From the IMG/VR virus record IMGVR_UViG_3300045978_000375, positions 570 to 64,569 of that record: a stretch of DNA of 64,000 nt; one strand, 5' to 3'. Source of the stretch: a virus. A program made the translations under genes and the position numbers. The notes under the pieces are model-generated. The model had not been told where the DNA came from and did not search any database. It was given only the letters and a program-made list of their open reading frames with translations. Positions 46,132-54,043 of this stretch are shown piece after piece. Numbering within the stretch: position 1 is the stretch's first letter; each line of letters opens with the position of its first letter.

Positions 46132-46808
46132 GCGCGATTGCCGTCGCCGACGCGAAGCTCCCGACCTCGTACGTGAAGGCGAGGGACGCGCTCGAGAAGT
46201 GCGTCGAGCTCGACGAATGCAAGGAGTGGAAGGACAAGGCCGCCGCGCTCGCCTCGTACGCGAAGCAGGCGGACGATGAGGAGCTCTACAAGTCCGCGAT
46301 GAAGATCAAGGGCCGGGCGGTTCGGCGCATGGGGGAGCTGCTGAAGGAGCTCAACCGACCGGAGCAGGGCGGAAGGCCACCGAAGCCGAAGGAAAACGTG
46401 GGAGCCACCGCCCCCGTTTCGCAGCTTGCGCTCGCCAAAGCAGCCGGCCTCTCCGCTGACCAAGCAAAGCAGGCGATCCGTGTGGCCAACATCCCCAAGC
46501 GGGAGTTCGAGCGGCTCATCGAAGCCGAGGCACCGCCGACCGTAACTGAGCTTGCCAAGATGGGCACCAAGCCCGTCCATCGCACCGCGTCTCACCTCGG
46601 TGGTCGGGACGCCACGGAGTTTTCCGACGCGATCAAGGTGCGCGGTCGCCTGCGCGACCTTGCCGACATCTGCGGAAGCGTGACTCCGACCGCCGCCGTT
46701 CGCGGCTCCCAAGACTACGACCACCCGAAGATGCGCGGCTGGTCCAAGACGATCGCGGCGTGGCTCGAACGGCTCGACGCTGCCCTCGAGAAAGCGAAAG
46801 AGACATGA
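46128..46808 (+). CDS. hypothetical protein with HTH-like segment
   Basis: 226 aa. SQLALAKAAGLSADQAKQAIRVANIP. Confidence 0.45.
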   Translation: MSAIAVADAKLPTSYVKARDALEKCVELDECKEWKDKAAALASYAKQADDEELYKSAMKIKGRAVRRMGELLKELNRPEQGGRPPKPKENVGATAPVSQLALAKAAGLSADQAKQAIRVANIPKREFERLIEAEAPPTVTELAKMGTKPVHRTASHLGGRDATEFSDAIKVRGRLRDLADICGSVTPTAAVRGSQDYDHPKMRGWSKTIAAWLERLDAALEKAKET

Positions 46809-47239
46809 ACGACGCGCAACTAACTGCCCTCGTGCAGAGCGAGGTGGATGCCGCGCTCGATGCTGGAATTCCGGTTCACAAGAACACGGTTCGTAGTCAA
46901 ATCGTTGGAAGGCACTGCGAGCACAGCGATTCAGATTTCGCGCTCGCCTGCGCCCACCACGCGATCGGAGACATCGTTGGGCGCCTGATTCGCAATGCGA
47001 AGAAAGCCGAGGCGGAGGGCCCGGATCCGCAGCTCGTGCTTCCGGGCTACAAGCATTTGCAGCAGCGGTACGCGATCGACCGCGATGGTGAGTCGTACCT
47101 GGTTCGCCTTGAGGACATGACGGTCGAGGAGGGCCGCTCGAAAGCGGCGGCCCTGCGGGTGTTCGCCCAAGGAGCACTGGCGCATGCTGACGAACTCGAC
47201 GCGTACTTCGACAACATCGAAGCCACGGCTGCTCAATAG
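46805..47239 (+). CDS. hypothetical protein
   Basis: ATG 46805 overlapping the upstream TGA. 144 aa. Confidence 0.45.
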   Translation: MNDAQLTALVQSEVDAALDAGIPVHKNTVRSQIVGRHCEHSDSDFALACAHHAIGDIVGRLIRNAKKAEAEGPDPQLVLPGYKHLQQRYAIDRDGESYLVRLEDMTVEEGRSKAAALRVFAQGALAHADELDAYFDNIEATAAQ

Positions 47240-47351
47240 ACCCATGCGCCGCCTCCTCGCCCCTGCGTCCCGCACCCGCAAGAGCTGCTCCTACGTGCTC
47301 CGAGCGAAGCCGAAGAAGAAGCGCGCCAGACGCGCCGAGGAGAACTGAGTC

Positions 47352-48203
47352 ATGGCCATCGAGATCAAGCACCGATTCACAGGCACAGTCCTCTTCAAGA
47401 GCGAAACTGCCAAGAGCACGCGCGAAGCCGTGATCGAGGCGGTTTCCGCGGGCGCCAACCTCGCGCGCGCCGACCTCGCGGGCGCCAACCTCGCGGGCGC
47501 CAACCTCGCGGGCGCCGACCTCGCGGACGCCAACCTCGCGGGCGCCGACCTCGCGGACGCCAACCTCGCGGGCGCCAACCTCGCGGGCGCCAACCTCGCG
47601 CGCGCCGACCTCGCGGGCGCCGACCTCGCGGGCGCCGACCTCGCGGGCGCCAACCTCGCGCGCGCCGACCTCGCGGGCGCCGACCTCGCGGGCGCCGACC
47701 TCGCGGACGCCAACCTCGCGGGCGCCAACCTCGCGGGCGCCGACCTCGCGGGCGCCGACCTCGCGGGCGCCGACCTCGCGGGCGCCCGATCTCTGCCTGC
47801 GGGCACCGAAGCGAAGGACCCTCCAGAGCCCTACGATCGCAACCGAGCGATCGATTACGCCGCACGTGCAGTCAGGTATCGCGAGCGCCACCCGGACGTT
47901 CCAGTCGTCGAGCGGCTCGACAGCAGGATACTCGAAGCCATCACGACCGGCGGCTGCACGCTGGAGATGGGTTCGTGGCACCAGTGCGAAACCACACATT
48001 GTCGTGCGGGCTGGGCGATCCACCTCGCAGGTGAGCCCGGATATGCGCTGGAGCGGCGGTACAGCGCGGAGCACGCAGGGCGGCTGATCTACCTCGTGAG
48101 CACGGGTCGTTGCCCGCATTTTTTCGCGACTAATGAGAGAGCGCTTGAGGATATCCGGCTCTGCGCCGCACGCGAGCAGCAACCCGAGGGAGCAAGCGCG
48201 TAG
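47352..48203 (+). CDS. pentapeptide-repeat protein with Cys/His-containing C-terminal domain
   Basis: 22 consecutive A(G/R/D)A(N/D)L pentapeptides (47448-47777). C-domain contains GSWHQCETTHCRAGW ... GRCPHFF. Confidence 0.85.
   Translation: MAIEIKHRFTGTVLFKSETAKSTREAVIEAVSAGANLARADLAGANLAGANLAGADLADANLAGADLADANLAGANLAGANLARADLAGADLAGADLAGANLARADLAGADLAGADLADANLAGANLAGADLAGADLAGADLAGARSLPAGTEAKDPPEPYDRNRAIDYAARAVRYRERHPDVPVVERLDSRILEAITTGGCTLEMGSWHQCETTHCRAGWAIHLAGEPGYALERRYSAEHAGRLIYLVSTGRCPHFFATNERALEDIRLCAAREQQPEGASA
47448..47777 (+). repeat. 22 tandem near-identical 15-bp units (coding pentapeptide repeats)
   Basis: Units gcgggcgcc(a/g)acctc and variants. A 60-bp higher-order unit is repeated (ARADL AGADL AGADL A.ANL). 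Confidence 0.95.
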
Positions 48204-48458
48204 GTGAAACACTCTCGCAAGCTCGCCATCGTGCCCGCGCTGTCACCGGAGGAACGCCGGGAATGCGAGCGGGACTCCAGGTTCGACGTTGTGAACGGCC
48301 GGCGCGAGCTCGGTCTGACGCAGCTCGGCCTCGCGCAGAAGCTCACGATCTCGGTCTCGAGCGTCGAGGACTACGAGACCGGCAAGACCAAGGTCCCCGG
48401 GTGGGTGCTGAAGGCGATCGAGCGGCTGGTGAAGGCGGCGCGGAGGGAGGCCGCCTGA
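48204..48458 (+). CDS. XRE-family HTH protein
   Basis: GLTQLGLAQKLTISVSSVEDYETGKTKVP. Confidence 0.6.
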   Translation: MKHSRKLAIVPALSPEERRECERDSRFDVVNGRRELGLTQLGLAQKLTISVSSVEDYETGKTKVPGWVLKAIERLVKAARREAA

Positions 48459-48826
48459 TGGCCAAACAAACCAGCCCCCGCATCTCGAGCGCCGCGGCCA
48501 GGCTGCTCGCGAAGCTCAGAGAGTACAGGTACGCGTGGCGCGAAGCAGTTGTCACGCTCGAGTGGCCACGCGGCACGGCGTGGCTCTGCAAGCCCAGTGA
48601 GCTCGTAGAGCTTCTGACGCACGAGCATGAGGCGGAACTTATTCTGCACGCCCTCTGTAGCTCAGCGTCATTCGACGGCTCGGCGCAAAGCGCCGCCCTG
48701 ACTTGGATTCGACGCGACGAGAAGCTGCGCACCGCCGCGGTGCGGGCTGTCGTGCACGACAAGCGCGTCGCGAAAGTCCGCTCCCCGCGGGTGGTCGGGA
48801 AGCGGAAGGGGAGGGCTTTGCGATGA
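48458..48826 (+). CDS. hypothetical protein, paralog A
   Basis: ATG overlaps the upstream TGA. Shares KQTS.RIS.AAA.LLAKLR and RVAKVRSPRV..KRKG termini with 49412-49681. Confidence 0.5.
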   Translation: MAKQTSPRISSAAARLLAKLREYRYAWREAVVTLEWPRGTAWLCKPSELVELLTHEHEAELILHALCSSASFDGSAQSAALTWIRRDEKLRTAAVRAVVHDKRVAKVRSPRVVGKRKGRALR

Positions 48827-49119
48827 AGATTCACATCGTCGGCTTTCCCGTGCGAGTCGGCAATCACCAGCGCCAACTCTGCGCGTGGTGCGGCTACGTG
48901 CTGGTCGACGACAATCTCGAGCAGGTGATGGTCGCACCCAACGAGGACGGTTCTCCTGGCGCAGCTCCCGGTGTCTTTACAATGGGCCAGCTGGTTTCGG
49001 TCTCCGAGGAGTCGGGCTTGCGGTGCATGTCACTACTCGCGCACGTGGACGGAATGCCGCTCCCAGCTGGCTTCTGCGGTGACGATGGGCGCAGGCGAAT
49101 ATGGGCGGTGCAAATATGA
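48823..49119 (+). CDS. hypothetical protein
   Basis: ATGA-coupled. 98 aa. Confidence 0.45.
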   Translation: MKIHIVGFPVRVGNHQRQLCAWCGYVLVDDNLEQVMVAPNEDGSPGAAPGVFTMGQLVSVSEESGLRCMSLLAHVDGMPLPAGFCGDDGRRRIWAVQI

Positions 49120-49415
49120 AATCCGACCTCGTGCTGCTCACCGAATGCCTCGAGTCAGAGCTCGAGGACGAAACCCGCGAGGCGTTCGCCGGCATGCTGG
49201 GCGACATCGAGAGCGGCAAGTGGCGGAAGCTCACGAAGCGTCAGCGTGAGTGGGTCGAGGGCGTCCACGGCCGGCTCGGGCTCGACCCCGGCACCGAGAA
49301 CCTCGTCTCGAGCGGTGCGGTGAAGCCGACAGCTGCCGAGCGCGCGGCGCTTGCCAGTACGCTCGCTAGCCTCGGGCCGAAGCCGCTGAAGCCGCCAACG
49401 CGGAGGAGCGCATGA
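49116..49415 (+). CDS. hypothetical protein
   Basis: ATGA-coupled. 99 aa. Confidence 0.45.
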   Translation: MKSDLVLLTECLESELEDETREAFAGMLGDIESGKWRKLTKRQREWVEGVHGRLGLDPGTENLVSSGAVKPTAAERAALASTLASLGPKPLKPPTRRSA

Positions 49416-49681
49416 ACGCCAGAAAGCAAACCTCGTCCCGCATCTCGGGGGCCGCGGCCAGCCTGCTCGCGAAGCTTCGGAACGTTTCGCCGTGGGAGAT
49501 GATCGTCCGGTCTGACAACACGCGCCGCACAGTCTCCCGCGCCTACCTGCCGCTCTGCACGGTCGGGAAGCTCCGGTCGATACTCGGTAGCGCGCTCGGC
49601 CAAGACGAAACGCCCGGCCAGCGCGTCGCCAAGGTCCGCTCGCCCCGGGTGAAGCGGAAGGGTGGGAGGGCGATGCGCTAA
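49412..49681 (+). CDS. hypothetical protein, paralog B
   Basis: 89 aa. N- and C-termini match 48458-48826 at both DNA and protein level. Confidence 0.5.
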   Translation: MNARKQTSSRISGAAASLLAKLRNVSPWEMIVRSDNTRRTVSRAYLPLCTVGKLRSILGSALGQDETPGQRVAKVRSPRVKRKGGRAMR

Positions 49682-49953
49682 TGCTTGGGTTCAAGCCAAA
49701 CCACGAAATGTGGGCGCGCGTGAACGCTGTCATCATGGGCGAGAACATGGCGGAGGTGACCGTAACCTTCATCAGCGCGCTCTGCTCCATGCTCATCCAG
49801 GCTGGAGCCGCTACTGACGAGGCACACGCACGGGCGCACCTGGCAGCGCTTCTGCTCTCACCCGACTCCTCGGCAAAGGCCGGTTCTCTGCTGCCGCTGC
49901 TCGCGCCGGAGCTCGCGAAGCTACGGCGAGAGGAAGGGGTTTGGATCACATGA
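49681..49953 (+). CDS. hypothetical protein
   Basis: 90 aa, coupled. Confidence 0.4.
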   Translation: MLGFKPNHEMWARVNAVIMGENMAEVTVTFISALCSMLIQAGAATDEAHARAHLAALLLSPDSSAKAGSLLPLLAPELAKLRREEGVWIT

Positions 49954-50564
49954 CGCAAGCTCCGCGGGAACTACGTTGTACGAAGTGCGAGTCGAGCTGG
50001 CACACGGCCGAGCAGCATGATGCGTGCTTGGCGTCGTTCGACGCTGCGCTACAAGCTGGAGCTTTGGCGAAGCAGAGGGTAACGCCAATCTCATCGTCGG
50101 GACTCGTTAGCGACCGTTCGCAACTCGATGAGACGCTGCTTCCGAACGGGCAGCAGAAGTCATACCTCGTGCTCTCGGAGGAGGAGCGAGCGAAAGGGTT
50201 CGTTCGGCCGGTGCGGACGGCGTACCTGCACGTTGGCGTTGCCGGACCTAAGCACCCGACGCGCGATGTTACAGACGAAGAACGCACGCGCTACGGCTGG
50301 GGAACTGGGCCGGACGAGTTCACGAAGTTCGAGGTCTATCCGGAGGGTGCGAACGGGGAAGGTCGCTACTGGACGCAGAACGATCTCGACAAGGTCGGCA
50401 GGGGGTGCGGGACGCGAACGACGATGGCCCTCCCGCTCGCTGAGACGTACGCGCGTAAACCTGGCTTCTACGGTGGCACGTTCTGCTGCGGGTGCCGGAC
50501 GCACCTACCCGTTGGTGCGGATGGCGAGTTCGTCTGGGAAGACGGCTCGCGCGTAGGGACCTGA
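49950..50564 (+). CDS. hypothetical Cys-containing protein
   Basis: ATG 49950 (ATGA overlap). CTKCESSWH ... GCGTRTT ... FCCGCRTH. Confidence 0.5.
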   Translation: MTQAPRELRCTKCESSWHTAEQHDACLASFDAALQAGALAKQRVTPISSSGLVSDRSQLDETLLPNGQQKSYLVLSEEERAKGFVRPVRTAYLHVGVAGPKHPTRDVTDEERTRYGWGTGPDEFTKFEVYPEGANGEGRYWTQNDLDKVGRGCGTRTTMALPLAETYARKPGFYGGTFCCGCRTHLPVGADGEFVWEDGSRVGT

Positions 50565-50567
50565 GCC

Positions 50568-50840
50568 ATGCCACCCACCGCATACCCCCTACACCTGCGC
50601 CGCTCGATGCGACGAGATGGCGCCGCTCGAATGCGCAGCGTGGCAAGAGCGCGCCGGAAAGCGCTGGATGAGGTGCTCGCTTGGCTGGCTGCCCTACTGG
50701 CGATCGTGGCGCTCGGCCTCGCCGTGTGGACGGTCGTAGAGGAGTTCGGTCCGGGTGAGCAGGAGCGGATCCGCTGCGCGCCGACGGAGGTGTGCGGGGA
50801 GGAGCGGCTCGACCGGGGAGCGAGGGGGAGCGATGGCTGA
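50568..50840 (+). CDS. small membrane protein
   Basis: TM LAWLAALLAIVALGLAVW. Confidence 0.45.
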   Translation: MPPTAYPLHLRRSMRRDGAARMRSVARARRKALDEVLAWLAALLAIVALGLAVWTVVEEFGPGEQERIRCAPTEVCGEERLDRGARGSDG

Positions 50841-51030
50841 GCGCCCCAGCGTGGTCGTCCTCGACGTGACGCAGCTCACCCAGGCAGTCGCGGACTACGT
50901 GACGAAGCACTGCCTCATGGCGCCCGGTCCGGTTCGCATCGACTTTCAGATCTATCAAAGCCTGAAAGAGCCAACTCGAATCGAGGCGACGGTAAGGGCG
51001 ACGACGGGGCCGGAGGTGTTGGTTGTCTGA
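50833..51030 (+). CDS. hypothetical small protein
   Basis: Internal ATG overlapping the upstream gene end. 65 aa. Confidence 0.35.
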   Translation: MAERPSVVVLDVTQLTQAVADYVTKHCLMAPGPVRIDFQIYQSLKEPTRIEATVRATTGPEVLVV

Positions 51031-51505
51031 GTTACCGACTCGAGCTCTTTCTCTGTACGCGCCTTGGGCGTGGGCGATCATCTGCGCCGGAAAGGACGTC
51101 GAGAACCGCAACTGGTTTGCGGCGGGACGAGGCTTCTTCGGCGACGCGAAGTTTCGCGGCTCGTTCTGGATTCACGCGAGCCTGTTCGGAGGCGATCGTG
51201 GCCGGAAGCTCGAGGATCTCGAGGACGAGATCAGTTCGATGCTGGATATGGCCAGAGATGCTGGTTGTGATTCGGGCACGCCGGCCGAAGTGCTTCAGTG
51301 GTGCCTCGGGGCGCGCGGCAAGATCGTCGGCTCGGCTCGCGTGACCGGCGCCGTGTCCGCAAGCTCGTCGCCGTGGTTCGTTGGGCCGATGGCGCTTACG
51401 CTGGCGGAGCCGGTGGCATCTCGCCTGCAAGTGCCAGTGCGCGGTGCGCTTGGATTCTGGACGGTATCGCCAGACGTGCTGGCGCAGCTCCGGGAGGTCG
51501 CTTGA
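51023..51505 (+). CDS. ASCH (PUA-like) domain protein
   Basis: LSLYAPWAWAIICAGKDVENRNW contains the G-K-x-x-E-x-R ASCH signature. TTG start 6 nt after GGAGG. Confidence 0.6.
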   Translation: MSELPTRALSLYAPWAWAIICAGKDVENRNWFAAGRGFFGDAKFRGSFWIHASLFGGDRGRKLEDLEDEISSMLDMARDAGCDSGTPAEVLQWCLGARGKIVGSARVTGAVSASSSPWFVGPMALTLAEPVASRLQVPVRGALGFWTVSPDVLAQLREVA

Positions 51506-52122
51506 CCGTCGCCGTCCTCTATTGCGACGAGGGCCGGAACGCTCCCTACGTCAAGCTCAAGGCGGCCGGCGAGGACCTGGACTTGTGGGGAGTCTCGAGG
51601 GACGCGCGCAAGTACGACGGGCCGCATACGGTCGTGGCGCATCCGCCGTGCCGCAACTGGAGCAAGCTTAGCTACCTCGCGAAGGACGATGATAGCGACT
51701 GCGCTCTCCGTGCCATCGATCAGGTTCGCAAGTTCGGTGGGGTACTCGAGCATCCAGCGTCGTCCAGACTCTGGTTGCAGATCAATCTACCGAGCGGCCA
51801 CCGTGACGATTTCGGAGGACGGCGGATTACACTGAACCAAGTCGAGTGGGGGCACGTCGCCAGAAAGCCGACATGGCTCTACCTCGTTGGCGTGTGCTCG
51901 CCGGGCCCGATGCCGCCCCCGCGTGAGCCGACGCACTGGTGCAGCGGGTTTCGGACCGCTGGTAAGTCCTACTCGCCCGCATACTACAAGCAGCGCGGCT
52001 CCGCCGTCCCGCTCGGCATCAAAGTCTGCTCGGCACAGCAGCGCCGCCGCACCCCACCCCTGTTCGCCGAATACCTCGTAAGGCTCGCTCGTGCAGCAGC
52101 GGAAGCTCGGAGGGCAGCGTGA
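51502..52122 (+). CDS. C5-cytosine-methyltransferase-like protein lacking a clear SAM-binding motif I
   Basis: TTG overlapping the upstream TGA. HPPCRNWS (PPC-type motif IV), GGVLEHP (ENV-like), ARKPTWLYLVG (motif VIII-like). The N-terminus LYCDEG sits where F-x-G-x-G is expected. Confidence 0.45.
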   Translation: MTVAVLYCDEGRNAPYVKLKAAGEDLDLWGVSRDARKYDGPHTVVAHPPCRNWSKLSYLAKDDDSDCALRAIDQVRKFGGVLEHPASSRLWLQINLPSGHRDDFGGRRITLNQVEWGHVARKPTWLYLVGVCSPGPMPPPREPTHWCSGFRTAGKSYSPAYYKQRGSAVPLGIKVCSAQQRRRTPPLFAEYLVRLARAAAEARRAA

Positions 52123-52352
52123 GCACGATGACCAAGCGCTACGCCGTGTACCTCCGCGAGAAGCCTGCTTTCCAGGTAGTCAGGGAAGCTCAGTACGCGT
52201 TCGAAGCCTACGAGCTTGCCCGCGCTGAGCTCGCGACGAAGTGGGAGGACTACAGCATCGGGTTTGCCGACTGCGAAGTGGTCGACGTCGAGGAGCAGAG
52301 CCGGGCGCGGGCGGCGCGGCGTGTCGGGGCGGAGAGGGGAGCGCGGGCGTGA
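52119..52352 (+). CDS. hypothetical small protein
   Basis: 77 aa, coupled. Confidence 0.4.
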   Translation: MSTMTKRYAVYLREKPAFQVVREAQYAFEAYELARAELATKWEDYSIGFADCEVVDVEEQSRARAARRVGAERGARA

Positions 52353-52702
52353 ATGACACCCGCCTCCTTTGCCCCGCCGACGTCTGCGAGCGCTTCGGAT
52401 GCTCGCTGCGAAAGGCACTCAAGATCATGCGCGAGGCCGGCGCGCGGAAGTCTGGCTCGATGGTCCGGCTCGAACCTGAGAAACTGGAGGCATGGTGGCT
52501 AGCGCAAAAGGCGACCGCTTCGGCTTCTGGCTCAGGGGACGGACCTGGTACACGTGCGATCCCGTCACCCGCCGCGACGTCTCGACCCGCTGCCGGGACC
52601 TTGAAGCTGCTCGAAGGTGGCGTGCGGCCCGTGAGCGTATTGCAGCCGATCCGGCAATCGCAGTCCAGGCGCTCGCGACGTTCGGGGACGAGTGCAGGAT
52701 GA
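52349..52702 (+). CDS. excisionase-like HTH protein
   Basis: GTG overlapping the upstream TGA. LLCPADVCERFGCSLRKALKIMREAG...VRLEPEKLEAWW. The frame runs 210 nt into the integrase gene. Confidence 0.45.
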   Translation: MNDTRLLCPADVCERFGCSLRKALKIMREAGARKSGSMVRLEPEKLEAWWLAQKATASASGSGDGPGTRAIPSPAATSRPAAGTLKLLEGGVRPVSVLQPIRQSQSRRSRRSGTSAG

Positions 52703-53814
52703 TGCTCGACGCGCTCGAAGCCCTGGGCCGCCCGACGGCCGACTACGAGCACCGGCTCGGGCACTGGACCCGCGTGCTCGGCAACGACTGCCCGCTCTCC
52801 GATGTCGGCCCAGCCGCCGTCGACGCGTTTATCGCGCAGCGCAGCGCCGAGGGGGTTACGAACCACACCATCTCGAAGGAGCTGAAGGCGCTCGTCAGGA
52901 CGCTCCGGCAGGCGAAGCGTGCTGGCCGGTACGCGGGGGCACTTGAGGTCCTGCGCCCGCTCGGCTTCACCGCCGGGTATGTGCCTCGGACACGCACCCT
53001 GACGCTCGTGGAGCTCCAGGTCCTGCTCGGCGAGCTCGAGCCGGAGGAGCGAGCGTTCGTCGTGCTGCTCGTCGCCTTTGGCCTGCGCCGGGGCGAGGCT
53101 GCCCGTGTGCTTCCCTGCGACCTCGATACTGCCAACTGGGTGGCCCGGGTGCGTGGGACGAAGACGGCCGGGGCTCTCCGGGACCTGCCCATCCTCGAGC
53201 CCTTCCGGCCGCTCGTCGAGGCGGTCCTGCCCTACCTGCCGCTCGGCGCCTGGGTGCGCTCGACCCAGTACACGCGGGTCCTCCTCCGGGCGGCGGCGCG
53301 CGCCAAGCTCGAGCCGGTGACGGCGAACGACCTCCGCCGGACCCATGCAACGCTGCTCCGGAACTGGAAGGTGGACCGGGACACGGCCCGGACGCTGCTC
53401 GGGCACTCGCCGAAGTCGCAGCTGCTCGAGACCGTCTACGACAAGCCGAGACCCCACGAGCTCGCTGCTCGCGCCGGCGACCTCTCCGCCCTCACGGTCG
53501 CCCTGGCCCCGATTGCAGAATCACTGCAGTCGGCACCAAAAACATCCACTTCTCTCGGAGAAACCCGCGGCAGTGAACCGCCATGGGGGCCGACCTATAG
53601 CCCCGCCGGGTCTGCCTCGCCAGTGTGTTCGCGGGGTTACGGGCCAGGAACTGGCCGGGAAGAGCCGGACACCAGCGCAGAATCACTGCAGTCGGCTGGC
53701 CCCGCGGCGTGGGCGCTTGAGTTCGCCCGTGAGGCGCTGAACGTCGAGCCGAAGGCGACCATCTTCCTTGGCACCGGCGTGATCCTCCGCCGCAAGAGGA
53801 GGGACGTTGGCTAA
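52492..53814 (+). CDS. int: tyrosine integrase with long C-terminal extension
   Basis: ATG after GGAGG. AFGLRRGEA (R), GTKTAG (K), LRRTHATLL, LLGHS (H), ETVYDK (Y). About 110 further codons cross a repeat-bearing region. Confidence 0.8.
   Translation: MVASAKGDRFGFWLRGRTWYTCDPVTRRDVSTRCRDLEAARRWRAARERIAADPAIAVQALATFGDECRMMLDALEALGRPTADYEHRLGHWTRVLGNDCPLSDVGPAAVDAFIAQRSAEGVTNHTISKELKALVRTLRQAKRAGRYAGALEVLRPLGFTAGYVPRTRTLTLVELQVLLGELEPEERAFVVLLVAFGLRRGEAARVLPCDLDTANWVARVRGTKTAGALRDLPILEPFRPLVEAVLPYLPLGAWVRSTQYTRVLLRAAARAKLEPVTANDLRRTHATLLRNWKVDRDTARTLLGHSPKSQLLETVYDKPRPHELAARAGDLSALTVALAPIAESLQSAPKTSTSLGETRGSEPPWGPTYSPAGSASPVCSRGYGPGTGREEPDTSAESLQSAGPAAWALEFAREALNVEPKATIFLGTGVILRRKRRDVG
53515..53534 (+). 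repeat. 20-bp direct repeat copy 1 (gcagaatcactgcagtcggc)
   Basis: Exact second copy at 53677-53696. Contains the internal dyad TGCAG-aatca-CTGCA. Confidence 0.9.
53677..53696 (+). repeat. 20-bp direct repeat copy 2
   Basis: Identical to 53515-53534. 162 bp apart, both inside the int ORF tail. Confidence 0.9.
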
Positions 53815-54043
53815 CGTCGCGAGCCTGCTCGAGGCGCGTCGGAAGCGCCAGGCGAAGGCCGAGGCGACGCTGCCGCGTCCTCCCGTCGGGCATTCCATCC
53901 AGTCTGGCGTGGGGACGGTGACGGGCATCTTTGCGACGGCCGACGACAGCGTCGTGTTTGTCGTGTCGGCGGACGAGGCCTTTGCAATTGCCGATGCCTG
54001 GTACCGGGCGGCGCGGGCGGCGAAGGAGGCGGAACGTGGCTGA
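53807..54043 (+). CDS. hypothetical protein
   Basis: TTG start overlapping the int stop. 78 aa. Confidence 0.4.
   Translation: MANVASLLEARRKRQAKAEATLPRPPVGHSIQSGVGTVTGIFATADDSVVFVVSADEAFAIADAWYRAARAAKEAERG

Noticed and set aside
47245-47349. 34-codon highly basic ORF (MRRLLAPASRTRKSCSYVLRAKPKKKRARRAEEN) in the gap before the pentapeptide-repeat gene
   Set aside because: It is too short and compositionally biased to support as a gene from sequence alone. It is mentioned only as context for the paralog block.
47448-47777. Regular 15-bp repeat array that superficially resembles a CRISPR or satellite array
   Set aside because: There are no unique spacers between units. The array is in frame inside a CDS and translates to canonical A(D/N)LxG-type pentapeptides.
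45747-48212. 821-aa minus-strand ORF, plus other minus or alternative-frame ORFs at 47291-47865, containing long (REVGA)n or (APARS)n runs
   Set aside because: These are antisense or out-of-frame readings of the pentapeptide-repeat gene and its neighbours. The ORF crosses the repressor/Cro switch and several well-supported + strand genes. It is a typical open-frame artefact of very GC-rich DNA.
53480-53810. Search for a tRNA gene or tRNA 3' fragment in the attP-like region, and elsewhere in the window
   Set aside because: I found no T-arm (GGTTCGAnTCC-like) or cloverleaf-compatible sequence by eye. GGGCG-N8-CGCCC near 53710-53727 has an 8-nt loop and no acceptor or anticodon context. No tRNA is reported.
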